NCBI GenBank assembly: GCA_964486045.1
Contig: CAZALK010000005.1
Coordinates: 32,001 to 96,000, forward strand
Source of the DNA: an uncultured archaeon
GTDB lineage: Archaea; Asgardarchaeota; Lokiarchaeia; Sigyniarchaeales; SOKP01
Reading direction: 5' to 3'
Length of the DNA stretch: 64,000 nucleotides
Positions within the stretch are counted from its first letter, which is position 1. Each line of letters begins with the position of its first letter. Under the pieces are notes generated by a model. That model was not told the origin of the DNA. It was given only the letters and a program-made list of their open reading frames with translations, and did not search any database. A program made the position numbers and the translations under genes. Below, piece by piece: positions 41,246 to 52,192 of this stretch.

Positions 41246-44200
41246 CTATCTATTTTCAGAATCTCTATCATTAATTTTAGTATTATTTGTTTTAGAACCA
41301 AAAAACAAATCTGGATAAATTGGTTCAAATTTTTCAGTGAAAATTTTATGATTCATCCAAATTTTATCTTTGCCATTCCATCTGAGGTTAATTAATGGGT
41401 TATATTGTTTCAAGAATTTTAAACTACCGAATGCATTTTTAATTAGAGTTTCTCCTTGGACTAAGTCAGTTAGTATTAGATAATGTTTAATTTCTAAGTA
41501 CTCAAATAGTAAATCAAAAACATCAAAAAATTTATCCAATTCACATTTAGGAAACCAAATCTCAATCATGAATCCTGTTTCAAATGATTTTATGTCTTTA
41601 AAGCCATAAAAGTAAAAATTTCCTTCAATTTCATATATTCGACATACATTAAAGAAATTGAAAACTTTTAATATTTCATTATTTAAGCTTTTTTTAACAT
41701 TTGGGAGAATTATTGAGATTTTTTCTTGAAATCCTAGATTTTTCAAATTAAGATATGGAAATATTAACTTTCTCTTTAATAATGAAGTAATTGATTTAAT
41801 GAAATTATATTTATTCGTTCCTAAATATGATTTTAAATTCACTGGTCCTCGCTTATAAAGTTGAATTAACTCAGAAAACTCTGGTGTATCTACACCATAG
41901 GTTTCACTTTTTGAATGTTGGTCAATATTGAATTTTCTTACACTTATTGGCTGAAGTGCATAATTTGGATTAAAAAGGACATTTTGTATATGAATTTTAA
42001 AACGGTTTGATGAATAATGCCATCCTGTTATGCTTAAATTAATATCAAAATGAGTTATGTCATAAAATCTCTTAATAAAGAAGAAACAGCACTCACTTAT
42101 TGCTTTTTTTGATTTTATTAACCAGTTTAGGTATGAGTCATTAGGAGTTCTATAAGGGAAAAGAGCTTTTATAAGAACAGGTTGATTCTGGTCAATCTGA
42201 GCCGGATGTTTAATTTTCTGAAATGTGTTTATGAATAATAATTTCAAGTCGATATCATTCCAATCATGAGGACAAAGATATAAATAATATTGAGCAAGAC
42301 CATATTTTCTAAACGCTGGTATAAATTTAATAGACTTAACAAAAGTATTTAAAAAAACAGTAGATTTTACATTTTTAAATATCTCTTGGTCAAGGAGAAA
42401 TTGTTCTAGCTTATCATTAAATTCAAAAAGTTTATTTAAATAATTCGAATTAAAGTTTTTTTTTTGGTGAGAGACTCTTTTTTTTACATTAATTATTAAA
42501 TCTTCCAACTTATAATTAGGAGACCAGAACAACTTTGAATTTGGTTCTATTTTTATTTTATCAAATTTTTCCAACCTGTTCTTCCCTAAAATTTTTTGAG
42601 TATATAAATAAAATTGTTCGAAAAAATCTTTAGTATAAAAAAACTGCTTGTTCTCAAAATCGTAAAAATTTTTAGCTTTAACAAGGGATGTTCTAGCAAG
42701 ACCTCTCCAAAAAACCCTGATAATTGTTATTAAATCATCTTTAAAGATCTGAAATACGCTTGAAATAAATTCCCCCTTCTCTTTGATATTTACAGAATAA
42801 GATAATATTTGTATCAACCTCTCTTTAGTGTTTCCATCTTCCACTTCTGAAATTAAAACTCTGGGAAAATAGGATTTAAATTTTTCAAGCTTCTTATGGG
42901 TTTCGAAGGTATTTTTAAGGAGTATTACTGGATAATATTTAGCAAATTGGCTTGTTATTATCGTGTTTAGAAGCATTGGAACGATAATAGGAGGAGTATT
43001 ACCTAAGAATTTGTCGATGGTTACCTCAATTTTTTGATTTGTTATTGTGTATGATTTGGCTTGTTTAAATGCTTTTATGAGTCTTTTCTCTTTCGTTCTG
43101 TTAACTTCTGTAATCAATTTTGGATTTTTTAGAATGGAGGTTATTGAATTTAAGTTAAAGAGTTTAAGATTATAGCAAGAATTTAATAAATCGTAAAATA
43201 GTTGTATTTTTTCAAATTCTTTCTTAAATGATTTAATAGATTGGAAATATTTTGGGAGAATAGTATTAAAAATAATTTTTTTTACAGTAATATCTTGGAA
43301 AAGTATCCCATCTTCAAGAACATCAGAGATATTATTTTTTTGTAAAAATTTACTAAGTCTATCAGCATTAGGGATCTTCGGATTATCAATTAAAATTTGT
43401 TCTATCAATGTTAAATTCTTCAGCAAAAAACTCAAGGTTTCATACAGAAAGAAAAAACCTTGGTTAAGGTTTTGGGTAAGAAAAATTATGAATTCTTCCT
43501 TTAATTGTTCAAACTGTAATAATTTATTAAAATTTTCCTTGAATTCTGTTAAATTAGTTAATTGGTTCCGATACTCATTTTTTATATCCTCCTTTATAGC
43601 ATTTAAAGTCTCAACTCTTTTATCAAAGGTTAAACCCGTAACCGAAAGAAACTTTACTCTATTAAGAATAGCGCTCTCGAATACTGAGAGTGGATATATA
43701 GGAGGATTGAAAGGAAATACAACTGAGTGTTCGTTCTCATAATCTTTCTTGTAGCTTTTTAACAATGGATCAATTATCTTAGAGGAGTTGGAGATAACTG
43801 AATAATAATTTAGATTTAAAAAATTCTTTGCTGTTTTAAAATAATAAAGTTGGTGGTCAATGATATAACCCTGTGCTTTACAGTTATTAAAATAGTTATG
43901 TAAATCCTTTAAATACACTTTTGGTAAATTAATTATCATAGCAAATTTACTAGCAAAGCTGTTTTCCATTGTTTTTGGTGAATCCACAAATGGTAGGTTA
44001 TCAAATAATCTTTTTACTTTATTCCTTTCTAAAAGAGGATTGAATGTTAGTTCACAAATAAGAGGAAAACGACCAATTGCATTAGAAACAATATTATAAC
44101 TAGGAGCGATTGATGTACATTTATTAACCCATTGCAAGTTATTATAAAATCTTTTTAAACTTAGATTTGATTTTACTTTCTTCTCTTCTAATAGATTTTT

Positions 44201-44920
44201 GTAATGATTTTGATAATCTATAAGATTCATATATTTTTTGTTTTTAAAAAATATGGTTAGTAATAATTGTAGAGTCTCAATAACGTCTTTATTATAAAGA
44301 GATTTTGAGGTTTTGTATGTGTACTTTTCAAATAACTCATCATAATAACTGACAATGTTACGATTTCCAATAAGTAAAGCGTTTTCATGAATTTCACTAA
44401 AAAAAAATTGAACTGGGTTTTCTTGTTCTTCAGATGCTTCAATCTTAAAAAACTTCCGTAGTTTATCTGATTGTGCAATTAAAAAATCTCTATCGACTAA
44501 TATGTCTCGAATAAGGATATGCCAATTATTGAATCCAACAGTTTTCTCAAGATCATTTTCAATAATCTGATTAATATAAACTTTAATCATTTCATTGTCT
44601 TTCACTTCTTTTGGCACGAAACAGTAATATGCCTCCCGAAGTAAAATTAAAGGTAAGAAATCTCTTTTCTTTTCATAGATCTCAATTATAAGAGAATTAT
44701 TTTTATATTTTCTATTAACACCTAGATCAAGGATTTTTGCATTCTCTCCAACTTCAATATCTTCTGAAAGTAACTTAATTTCAACATTTTTATTAATTGG
44801 CTGTAAACCTAAATAATCAACTAATTCTGATATTAGAAGTTCAAAGATATTTTGAAGCTGAATATTTTCTGGGTTGTTTAATAATTTACTCAATATATCT
44901 AAATTTTTTCTAGTTGACAT
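41246..44920 (-). CDS. Large hypothetical protein, possibly with repeated wHTH/AsnC-like modules
   Basis: 1224-aa ORF; ILLREAYYCF zincin-like helix; several F.P.F.K.GL..Y-type segments. Confidence 0.65.
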   Translation of the reverse strand: MSTRKNLDILSKLLNNPENIQLQNIFELLISELVDYLGLQPINKNVEIKLLSEDIEVGENAKILDLGVNRKYKNNSLIIEIYEKKRDFLPLILLREAYYCFVPKEVKDNEMIKVYINQIIENDLEKTVGFNNWHILIRDILVDRDFLIAQSDKLRKFFKIEASEEQENPVQFFFSEIHENALLIGNRNIVSYYDELFEKYTYKTSKSLYNKDVIETLQLLLTIFFKNKKYMNLIDYQNHYKNLLEEKKVKSNLSLKRFYNNLQWVNKCTSIAPSYNIVSNAIGRFPLICELTFNPLLERNKVKRLFDNLPFVDSPKTMENSFASKFAMIINLPKVYLKDLHNYFNNCKAQGYIIDHQLYYFKTAKNFLNLNYYSVISNSSKIIDPLLKSYKKDYENEHSVVFPFNPPIYPLSVFESAILNRVKFLSVTGLTFDKRVETLNAIKEDIKNEYRNQLTNLTEFKENFNKLLQFEQLKEEFIIFLTQNLNQGFFFLYETLSFLLKNLTLIEQILIDNPKIPNADRLSKFLQKNNISDVLEDGILFQDITVKKIIFNTILPKYFQSIKSFKKEFEKIQLFYDLLNSCYNLKLFNLNSITSILKNPKLITEVNRTKEKRLIKAFKQAKSYTITNQKIEVTIDKFLGNTPPIIVPMLLNTIITSQFAKYYPVILLKNTFETHKKLEKFKSYFPRVLISEVEDGNTKERLIQILSYSVNIKEKGEFISSVFQIFKDDLITIIRVFWRGLARTSLVKAKNFYDFENKQFFYTKDFFEQFYLYTQKILGKNRLEKFDKIKIEPNSKLFWSPNYKLEDLIINVKKRVSHQKKNFNSNYLNKLFEFNDKLEQFLLDQEIFKNVKSTVFLNTFVKSIKFIPAFRKYGLAQYYLYLCPHDWNDIDLKLLFINTFQKIKHPAQIDQNQPVLIKALFPYRTPNDSYLNWLIKSKKAISECCFFFIKRFYDITHFDINLSITGWHYSSNRFKIHIQNVLFNPNYALQPISVRKFNIDQHSKSETYGVDTPEFSELIQLYKRGPVNLKSYLGTNKYNFIKSITSLLKRKLIFPYLNLKNLGFQEKISIILPNVKKSLNNEILKVFNFFNVCRIYEIEGNFYFYGFKDIKSFETGFMIEIWFPKCELDKFFDVFDLLFEYLEIKHYLILTDLVQGETLIKNAFGSLKFLKQYNPLINLRWNGKDKIWMNHKIFTEKFEPIYPDLFFGSKTNNTKINDRDSENR

Positions 44921-45496
44921 GAATATTTAAATTTTTAACCCGTTGTTGAAACTCTTCTATTTTTTGAATAATCTTGTTGTATATATATAATTTTACTTCG
45001 ATAAATTTACTTTTATAAGATTTTTGTCAGACTAAGATCTTTCCATTTTTTCTTGTACTTTATATAAATAAAATATGAAATGTTACCACCTTACCATGTA
45101 TAGTTGGAAAAGAGGTTTACTAAAATGCCATATCAAGGGGAAGGACAACCATAAAGGACTAGTTTGATCCAATTTGGATTCAAACTCTATATTTCTTTTA
45201 TTATAGTAATGTTTTCGGGCATTTTTTTAATTTTATCTCAAAAAGAATTAAAATTTCGTATGTGTTAAAGAAGGAATCCGGAAAATAACAGGAATTAACG
45301 GGGTTAATTCTTTTTACTTTTTGCAAAAATATTTCATATAATCGCTGACCATAAATTAATAATTTTATTGTATGATTATAAATATTTAGTGGGATCAAAA
45401 TACTCTTTAATAAGATTTTAATTGAATTTATAATTAGTCTAATCATAAAACATCCTAAAGAGAAATAGTAAGAATTAAATATTTGGGGAAAATAAA

Positions 45497-46954
45497 ATGC
45501 CAAGGCCAAGTCCACTTGAAGTGTACGCTGTCTTAGACAAAAGTAATTGTAGGGAATGCGGATATGATACTTGCATGGCTTTTGCAACAGATATCTTAGA
45601 AAGGAAGGTCAGAGTTCAGGATTGTACTCACTTGACGCAAGATCTAAAACAATCAAAAAATAAAGATAAACTTATTAAGCTAATCACTCCACCTCAAAAA
45701 CCTGTTATTATAGGAGTAGGAGATCGTGCGGTAACTATCGGTGGTGAGGAAGTATTAATGAGACATCAATTGACTTTTTATAACCAAACAGCTATCTTTA
45801 TAGAAATCGCGGATGATGATGCTGATTTAGAAGAAATTATCAATTATCTTACTAACCTAAAGTTAGAGAGGATTGGTGAGGTGCTTACTTTAGATGGAGT
45901 TGCTTTAAGAAATGTGTCTGGAGATAAAGAGCAATTTAAGTTGGCAGCAAATAAAATAACAAAACTTTCAAATCTTCCTATTATGTTATGCACTTTCAAT
46001 GTAGATAATTTGTTGTATGCCGCAGAAGCAATTAAGGTTAACAGACCACTATTATATGCTGTTACAAAAGATTCGTGGGAAGAAATTGGAAAGTTTGCAT
46101 TACAAAATAGTTTACCAGTTGCTGTGTTTTCAAACAATTTAGATGAATTAATGTCTTTAAGTGCAACATTACAGAAATTAGGAGTAAAAGAAATTGTATT
46201 AGATTCTGGCACATTTTTTGGTTCAGGCAATCTTTCAGCAACTTATGATAAAATTATGCAGTTAAGAACATCTGCTATAAATAAGGAAGATGTTAATGCG
46301 GGATGGCCGATTATGGGTGTTCCTGCAGGGTATTGGAATCAAGTGAAAGTTGGAGATGAGAAAGAACAATGGGAACACAAATTTCAAGAAATTATCATGG
46401 GAGCAATAATGGAATCAATCGATACAAACTTAATTGTATTACACACTGGTCAGAAAAAGGAAGATATTTGGGCACTTTTAGCAATAATGACACTACGTCA
46501 AAGTGTGTTCTCAGATCCAAGAATTTACCCTGCAGTCGATGCAGGAATTTACAAAGTTGGGGAACCAGATGACATGGCACCTATTTTTGTTACAAGTAAT
46601 TATAGAATGACTAAAATCCCTGTGGAACAAGATTTACTAGGAGCTAACATTAATTGCTGGCTACTAGTAGTAGACACTGAGGGAATCGGGATAGAAAGTG
46701 CTGTAGCAGGAGGCCAGTTTAACGCGGGTGGAATCGGAGAAGCTGTGAAAGAATTTAACGCATTTGACAATGTTAATCATCGGATTCTTGTTATCCCAGG
46801 AATGGCTGCTCGATTAAGTGGAGCCTTGGAAGATGAAGCTGATACATATGTTGTAGTTGGACCAAGAGATAGTAGTGGAATCCCAAAATTTATGGACACT
46901 CAATGGAAACCCAAAGATTTCATGAAAGAGTATGCATCTTGGGAAAAAGAATGA
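45497..46954 (+). CDS. cdhE: Acetyl-CoA decarbonylase/synthase gamma subunit (corrinoid FeS protein large subunit)
   Basis: NCRECGYDTCMAFA, IGGEEVLMRH, DTEGIGIESAVAGG, IPGMAARLSG, VGPRDSSGI. Confidence 0.95.
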   Translation: MPRPSPLEVYAVLDKSNCRECGYDTCMAFATDILERKVRVQDCTHLTQDLKQSKNKDKLIKLITPPQKPVIIGVGDRAVTIGGEEVLMRHQLTFYNQTAIFIEIADDDADLEEIINYLTNLKLERIGEVLTLDGVALRNVSGDKEQFKLAANKITKLSNLPIMLCTFNVDNLLYAAEAIKVNRPLLYAVTKDSWEEIGKFALQNSLPVAVFSNNLDELMSLSATLQKLGVKEIVLDSGTFFGSGNLSATYDKIMQLRTSAINKEDVNAGWPIMGVPAGYWNQVKVGDEKEQWEHKFQEIIMGAIMESIDTNLIVLHTGQKKEDIWALLAIMTLRQSVFSDPRIYPAVDAGIYKVGEPDDMAPIFVTSNYRMTKIPVEQDLLGANINCWLLVVDTEGIGIESAVAGGQFNAGGIGEAVKEFNAFDNVNHRILVIPGMAARLSGALEDEADTYVVVGPRDSSGIPKFMDTQWKPKDFMKEYASWEKE

Positions 46955-47003
46955 TTTTTTTTTCTTAGATATTTTAAACTTCAGTAATTTCGTTCTAAAA
47001 GCA

Positions 47004-47654
47004 TTAGATGAGAGAATATATCATATTTTCCGATAGATCTTTAACACTATTTATTATAATGGATCTATTTTTTCTGACTTCTTCTAAAGTTTTAGACGAA
47101 TGAAAACCGGTTAAAACCCCTATGAATGGACATTTTAACAATATCGAAAGCTCAGCATCATTCGGATGGTCACCTATAACAATGAATTGAAAATTAGGAT
47201 ATTCTTTATCCAAATAATTCTTAATTTTAATATCTGTTTTACTTTTTATTTCTTCTGTTTCTCCTAGAATATAGTCAAAATAGCAAGAAATTTGTAAATA
47301 TTTAACAATTCTTTCAGCCATTTCTTGCTTTTTTGAAGTTATTAAACCAAGTGTAAATTTCTTAATTCTCAACTCATCTAACTTTTCCTTGATTCCAGGT
47401 AATAAATATGATTGGAAAATACCCTTCTCTCCGTAATATTAGCGAAATATTACGGCTAATTTCGTTGGATTTACACCTGAAACTCTCCTGAACATATCTA
47501 CTAAAGGAATTCCAATCATTTCTTCAATTTCAACCTCGGGTAACTCAGGAATTTTAAACTTCATTAGTGCGAAGTTAAATGAATTGATGATTCCCTGTTT
47601 ATTATTTATTAAAGTAAAATCAAGATCAAAACTCAAAACAATTTTTTGATTCAT
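47004..47654 (-). pseudogene. HAD-family hydrolase (phosphoglycolate phosphatase-like) with in-frame TAA at 47439-47441
   Basis: FDLDFTL (motif I), then FR*YYGEKG..LLPG in the same frame to ITSK and IGDHPND. Confidence 0.8.
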
Positions 47655-47753
47655 TTCTAACTGCCAATTAAGATAAAATTTAAGTTGGTTATTTTTAAGA
47701 GGTAATAACACAAGGTTAAAACAAAAAAAAAATTTAGAAATTTATTAATTTAT

Positions 47754-49439
47754 TCATGGTTTGATTATCTTTCGCTTCTTTGTCAAGTATTTCGCCACTA
47801 TTACAACCGCAATTGAAGAAACAACTCCAATTAGCAGAACACCAGGACCTGGGATAAATGGACTTTCATCTGGAGTGGGATCATCTGGAGGGGGTGTAGA
47901 TTGTTTGAATACGGCATCTGGATCAACAGCAATTTCAGTATCATGAGTAGCGTCAGCATAACCTTGCTTACTCGCCGTTAAGTTGAGCCATTTTCCAGGT
48001 TGGAGTGGACTCACCAATATAGCCGTTAAAGTAAAATCATAAGTACCATCTCCATTATCGGTCACAGTTCCAATTGAAAGGCCATTCCAAGTTCCAGTGA
48101 CCGTAGCCCCGGATACAGGATTATCCCAGGGATCCTTTACTAGAATAGTAATATCAAATGTAGTATTAGTAAATAAAGTTTTGATGATGTCGATTTGTAA
48201 AACATTCGGTAATACCGGTGTTGGAACGTAGAAAATGTAAATCCAATGCCAATAGAGATAGTAATATTCAATCCATATAATGAAATCAATAAAAATCCAG
48301 GTAAAGTCTATAATTATAAACCACCACTGTATTTTTATAATCCACCACTCCCACCAAAAAATTACAACCCAGTGAATGTAGTAGTGAAAGTACCATATTG
48401 TGATTTGTAGATATATCCATACAATTACGATGTAAGTATAGTAGTATTCAATCTTATAGTCATAATCAGGGTAGGTGATGATAAACAATAGTTCATATAA
48501 AATCCATAAATAGAATATATAAGTCCAGTAGCCCCAGAATATTGAAATACTTACCCACAATGTCGGCCAAAAAATTATAAATGGTTCGGTCAAGTGATAA
48601 ATAGCAACATCAAATCCTAAAGAGGTCAAAACCAAAATAATTTCAAAACCTCCATACGTTATAATGACTGTATCGTTGAAAGTTACTAATGATAAACCGG
48701 GTACAATATCGTGAATAAACCCTGATCCTACTCCAAATCCAGTAGGGGCTCCATTATATGAAATTTGGCCAGTAAATGTCGAAATATTATAAACATCAGT
48801 CCCAAATACAACAGCTATCCAATCAAATGCCTGATAAATAAAGAATGGTGCTCCGAAATTTACAGTTAAGCAGGAAACATCTGTAGCGTAGTCCCAATCA
48901 TAGATAACAGCCCAAGGTATTGTTCCATGTTCCCAAACCTCAAAATGTTGCATAAATCCTTCGGTCATATTAGCTGTTGCTGATGCACTTACATTACTAT
49001 TGCCTACTTCTGATGAATCCGCCTCAATACTATCTACACTGTGAGGATTAAATCCATTATCTACTGTAACATTAAAACCTGTGTCTTTATCTTTTAAAAT
49101 TGTTTTGTTGCCAGTGGTTGTAGAAATTTCAACTGAATTGTTGATTACCGCTTTACTGTTTCCAGAGGGTCCTTCTGTGAATGTAGAATCAATTGGTAAC
49201 GAATCCGTCCCGTTATTTAGTGTTGTAATTGTGTTATCAGCGGTATCATCTGAAAGGATATTCATCGTATTTCCTCCGGCTAAATCATATGTTTCGTTAT
49301 AATTTGATAAGACAGGGGACTCTTCGTTTTCTTCAGCAGCTGCAAGGCTAGATGCTAAATTATTAGTTTGAGCAAAAATTCCAAGAATTAAGAAAACACT
49401 AATAAAAACTACTGTTATTGTTTTTGTTTTGTTATTCAA
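47754..49439 (-). CDS. Secreted/membrane-anchored protein with extremely aromatic central segment and Ig-like domain
   Basis: Signal peptide; W/Y/I/F-rich block; PVSGATVT..DNGDGTY Ig-like domain; Pro linker; IPG-TM-KKRK tail. Confidence 0.75.
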   Translation of the reverse strand: MNNKTKTITVVFISVFLILGIFAQTNNLASSLAAAEENEESPVLSNYNETYDLAGGNTMNILSDDTADNTITTLNNGTDSLPIDSTFTEGPSGNSKAVINNSVEISTTTGNKTILKDKDTGFNVTVDNGFNPHSVDSIEADSSEVGNSNVSASATANMTEGFMQHFEVWEHGTIPWAVIYDWDYATDVSCLTVNFGAPFFIYQAFDWIAVVFGTDVYNISTFTGQISYNGAPTGFGVGSGFIHDIVPGLSLVTFNDTVIITYGGFEIILVLTSLGFDVAIYHLTEPFIIFWPTLWVSISIFWGYWTYIFYLWILYELLFIITYPDYDYKIEYYYTYIVIVWIYLQITIWYFHYYIHWVVIFWWEWWIIKIQWWFIIIDFTWIFIDFIIWIEYYYLYWHWIYIFYVPTPVLPNVLQIDIIKTLFTNTTFDITILVKDPWDNPVSGATVTGTWNGLSIGTVTDNGDGTYDFTLTAILVSPLQPGKWLNLTASKQGYADATHDTEIAVDPDAVFKQSTPPPDDPTPDESPFIPGPGVLLIGVVSSIAVVIVAKYLTKKRKIIKP

Positions 49440-49576
49440 TATTAGTCACAATTTTTAGTAGATTTATTTTTATTTGTTATAAGGTAATTAATAGGTTGGT
49501 TATTTATACATTGCTAAATTTCTTATCTGATTCAAAAACGTTTTTTTACAAAAAAGTACAATAAGTATAAATAAAT

Positions 49577-51229
49577 TTACCCTAGTTTGAAGCCTTTAAA
49601 TAATTTTAAAAAGAACAAAATTTCTCCAGAACTTTCAATTAATCTTCTTAAATTATAAGGAAAATCATTTAGTACAACTTCTTTTCCTTTGGATATACGG
49701 TCAATCATTATTTTTATTATTTCTTTATATTTTCTAACAGTTTTGCCATCTGAATCAATTTCCGATATGATTTTCCAAGCTTTTTCAAACTTACCATTTA
49801 ACATGCATGACATTGAAGCTAACACATAGCTTAGTATGATGTGAGCGGAACTTATCTTCTTTAAATTTGCTGCACGATAATAATAGCGATAAACATTATT
49901 GACCATCTCTCTTAAGAGAAAGTCTTTTGCTGTATCAAGTTGTTCATAAAATTTGATACTCTCCAAAATGAGAGTCGCTGCGGTAAAAAATTGTTTGTTT
50001 TTTAAATCTTCTTCTGCTATCTTATTTAATCCCCTAATTATTTGATTGAAGATACCGTATCTGTCATATTCCAAGCGTCCTTCAATAGCAATGTCATAAG
50101 CATTCAAATAGCTTTCTGTAGATTCATTGATACTCCCTAATTTCCAAAAGTTATCCCCTGCCTTTATAAAATGTTTGTAAGCTAAGTCCATATTATTCAA
50201 TTCCTTGAATATATTAGCACCATCGAAAAAGTTAATAGCTGCTTGGCTATAATCCTTAATTTTCTTAGAAAAATTCCCAGCTAACAAAAAACAAGAGGCA
50301 CATTCAATTAAATTATTTTTTATTTCTTGATAACATAATCCTGCGCCTCGATAATATCTTGCGATCTTATTATAATTTTCAGGATTTTTTTCTAAATTTT
50401 CAGCTAGATCTATATAGGCTCCGGCCTCTTTTTTAGAAAAATTAATATAGTTTTCTTCTTCAGCTAAAATCTTATATAAGTTTTTCAGTATCTGATATAT
50501 TTGGGCTAATGTTAAATTCTCGTTCTTTTCTTCTAATTCTGTTGCTAAGTTTGAGAATAATTCTACAGCTTCTAAAATAACATCTTGAGATTTGCTATAA
50601 TCATCTATTTCTTCATAGCACGTGCTAATTTGTTGATATGAGTAAGAGAGCATATCATAATAATGATGGTTTTCTGAAATTTTGATAACTCTTTGGTAAT
50701 ATTTTATAGAATTTGGAAAATCAGATAATTTTAAAAATAATTCTGCGATATTTTGGTAATTTTGGGCAAGCTTCCTTGTTTCGTTAAATTCTTTTAAGAG
50801 GGTACTTTCTTGTTTTAAGAATTTTATACTATTCAAGAGATTCTTCTTTTCCGTAATTGTGTCTTGGAATTTTTCCATAGAAATTTCGGCAATTCTAAGA
50901 TACAATTCCGCGATCTCATGCAACTTTGCTTGTAATTTATAGTCAACAATTTGTTTCTTATAAAGCTCAATAATTTGTTTATATAATTTTGACGCTTCTA
51001 AGGAATCAAGATCCTCAATGATTACCGCAGCAGAATATAAAAATTCTCCAGCTTCGAAGAATTCCCCCGATTGAGCAATTTCGTTTGAAAAGTTAATTGA
51101 AGATGAAATAATCTCTTGTATTGATTTATTTCGCATCACAGGATCATCGAGACTCCTAATTCTTAACCCATTATCTCTAATTTTCTCTAAAAACTCTGCG
51201 TAATCTATGAATTCTTCCTCTTCGATAAT
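49577..51229 (-). CDS. TPR/alpha-SNAP-like solenoid protein
   Basis: Repeats such as ARYYRGAGLCY, AAINFFDGANIF, KHFIKAGDNF; frame extends to ATT 51229 behind GAGGAG. Confidence 0.7.
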   Translation of the reverse strand: MIEEEEFIDYAEFLEKIRDNGLRIRSLDDPVMRNKSIQEIISSSINFSNEIAQSGEFFEAGEFLYSAAVIIEDLDSLEASKLYKQIIELYKKQIVDYKLQAKLHEIAELYLRIAEISMEKFQDTITEKKNLLNSIKFLKQESTLLKEFNETRKLAQNYQNIAELFLKLSDFPNSIKYYQRVIKISENHHYYDMLSYSYQQISTCYEEIDDYSKSQDVILEAVELFSNLATELEEKNENLTLAQIYQILKNLYKILAEEENYINFSKKEAGAYIDLAENLEKNPENYNKIARYYRGAGLCYQEIKNNLIECASCFLLAGNFSKKIKDYSQAAINFFDGANIFKELNNMDLAYKHFIKAGDNFWKLGSINESTESYLNAYDIAIEGRLEYDRYGIFNQIIRGLNKIAEEDLKNKQFFTAATLILESIKFYEQLDTAKDFLLREMVNNVYRYYYRAANLKKISSAHIILSYVLASMSCMLNGKFEKAWKIISEIDSDGKTVRKYKEIIKIMIDRISKGKEVVLNDFPYNLRRLIESSGEILFFLKLFKGFKLG

Positions 51230-51351
51230 CTATGATCTCCTCAGATTAAAAATGACAACTATGTATTGAAATTTATTAGCTAATAAAAAATTTAGTTTTC
51301 CTCTTTTTCAATTTAGAATAATGCCTACAAGCTGTAACGTTGGGATCCACT

Positions 51352-51970
51352 GTGATGTACTTAACTTGAAAAAATTATTGTTTTATTCATTTTTAATGAT
51401 AAATATTTCTGTTATGAGCGATTCAAGAGAAGGATTATCCTTTTATTCCATAAAAAATATGTTAAAAATGAAATTTTAAGGAAGGAAATCTGTTAAATAT
51501 TAATATTTCATATTATTAACTAAAAACTTAAATCATTGATTATAAGGGTAAAAAATGAAGAGAAAAATTGATTTAACTTTTTTTGTGGGTATTACGTTAT
51601 TTTTGTTTGGATCAATTTCAGCCTCATATGGAATTATAACCGTAATTATAAAGCTGTTCTTTGGCAATGCAGGCTTTATTGTTTACGTTAAGGATGAACT
51701 TTATGATCTAGTTTTCCTACTTCTTGGATTACTATTAATTAGGAGGAATAAGAATATTTATTTTCGATCAAATCAAATTAAAAGATAATTGCTAAAATAG
51801 CCATTATTTTGGGATCAGTTCAATCACCCCCTGTTTTACATTTCCCCGTGGTGCCTCTCATAAATAAATGCTAATAAATTATAACTTCTAGATTAGCAGT
51901 GATGTATTTATCTTGAATAAATAGTTGTTTTATTAAATTTTATTGATAAATATTTCTGTAATGAGCAATC
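51352..51970 (+). repeat. 72-bp imperfect direct repeat (51352-51423, 51899-51970)
   Basis: 61/72 identical by manual alignment; both copies have GATAAATATTTCTGTnATGAGC near the 3' end. Confidence 0.85.
51555..51788 (+). CDS. Small 2-TM membrane protein
   Basis: 77-aa ORF with two hydrophobic segments. Confidence 0.55.
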   Translation: MKRKIDLTFFVGITLFLFGSISASYGIITVIIKLFFGNAGFIVYVKDELYDLVFLLLGLLLIRRNKNIYFRSNQIKR

Positions 51971-52192
51971 TACCTAGCTGGATATGCCTGACCTTTAAAC
52001 AAGAAACAAATCGATGAAGGGCCAACTAACTGCATTAAAATGAAATCATCACCAAATTTAGCACGATCAAGCCCTTTAGTGAAACTAAAAGAATTTGAAG
52101 AGTTAATTAGTGATTAAAGTTTCAATAAATAATATTTAAAAATTTAATCATTATCTTTATAATAATATCAATCAATAAATAGGAAAATTAAA

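Noticed and set aside
41085-41318. 77-aa ORF
   Set aside because: Overlaps the 3' end of the large minus-strand gene and has no recognisable features; at most a fragment
45201-45587. 128-aa minus-strand ORF
   Set aside because: Overlaps the cdhE start and promoter; AT-rich non-coding composition; no motif
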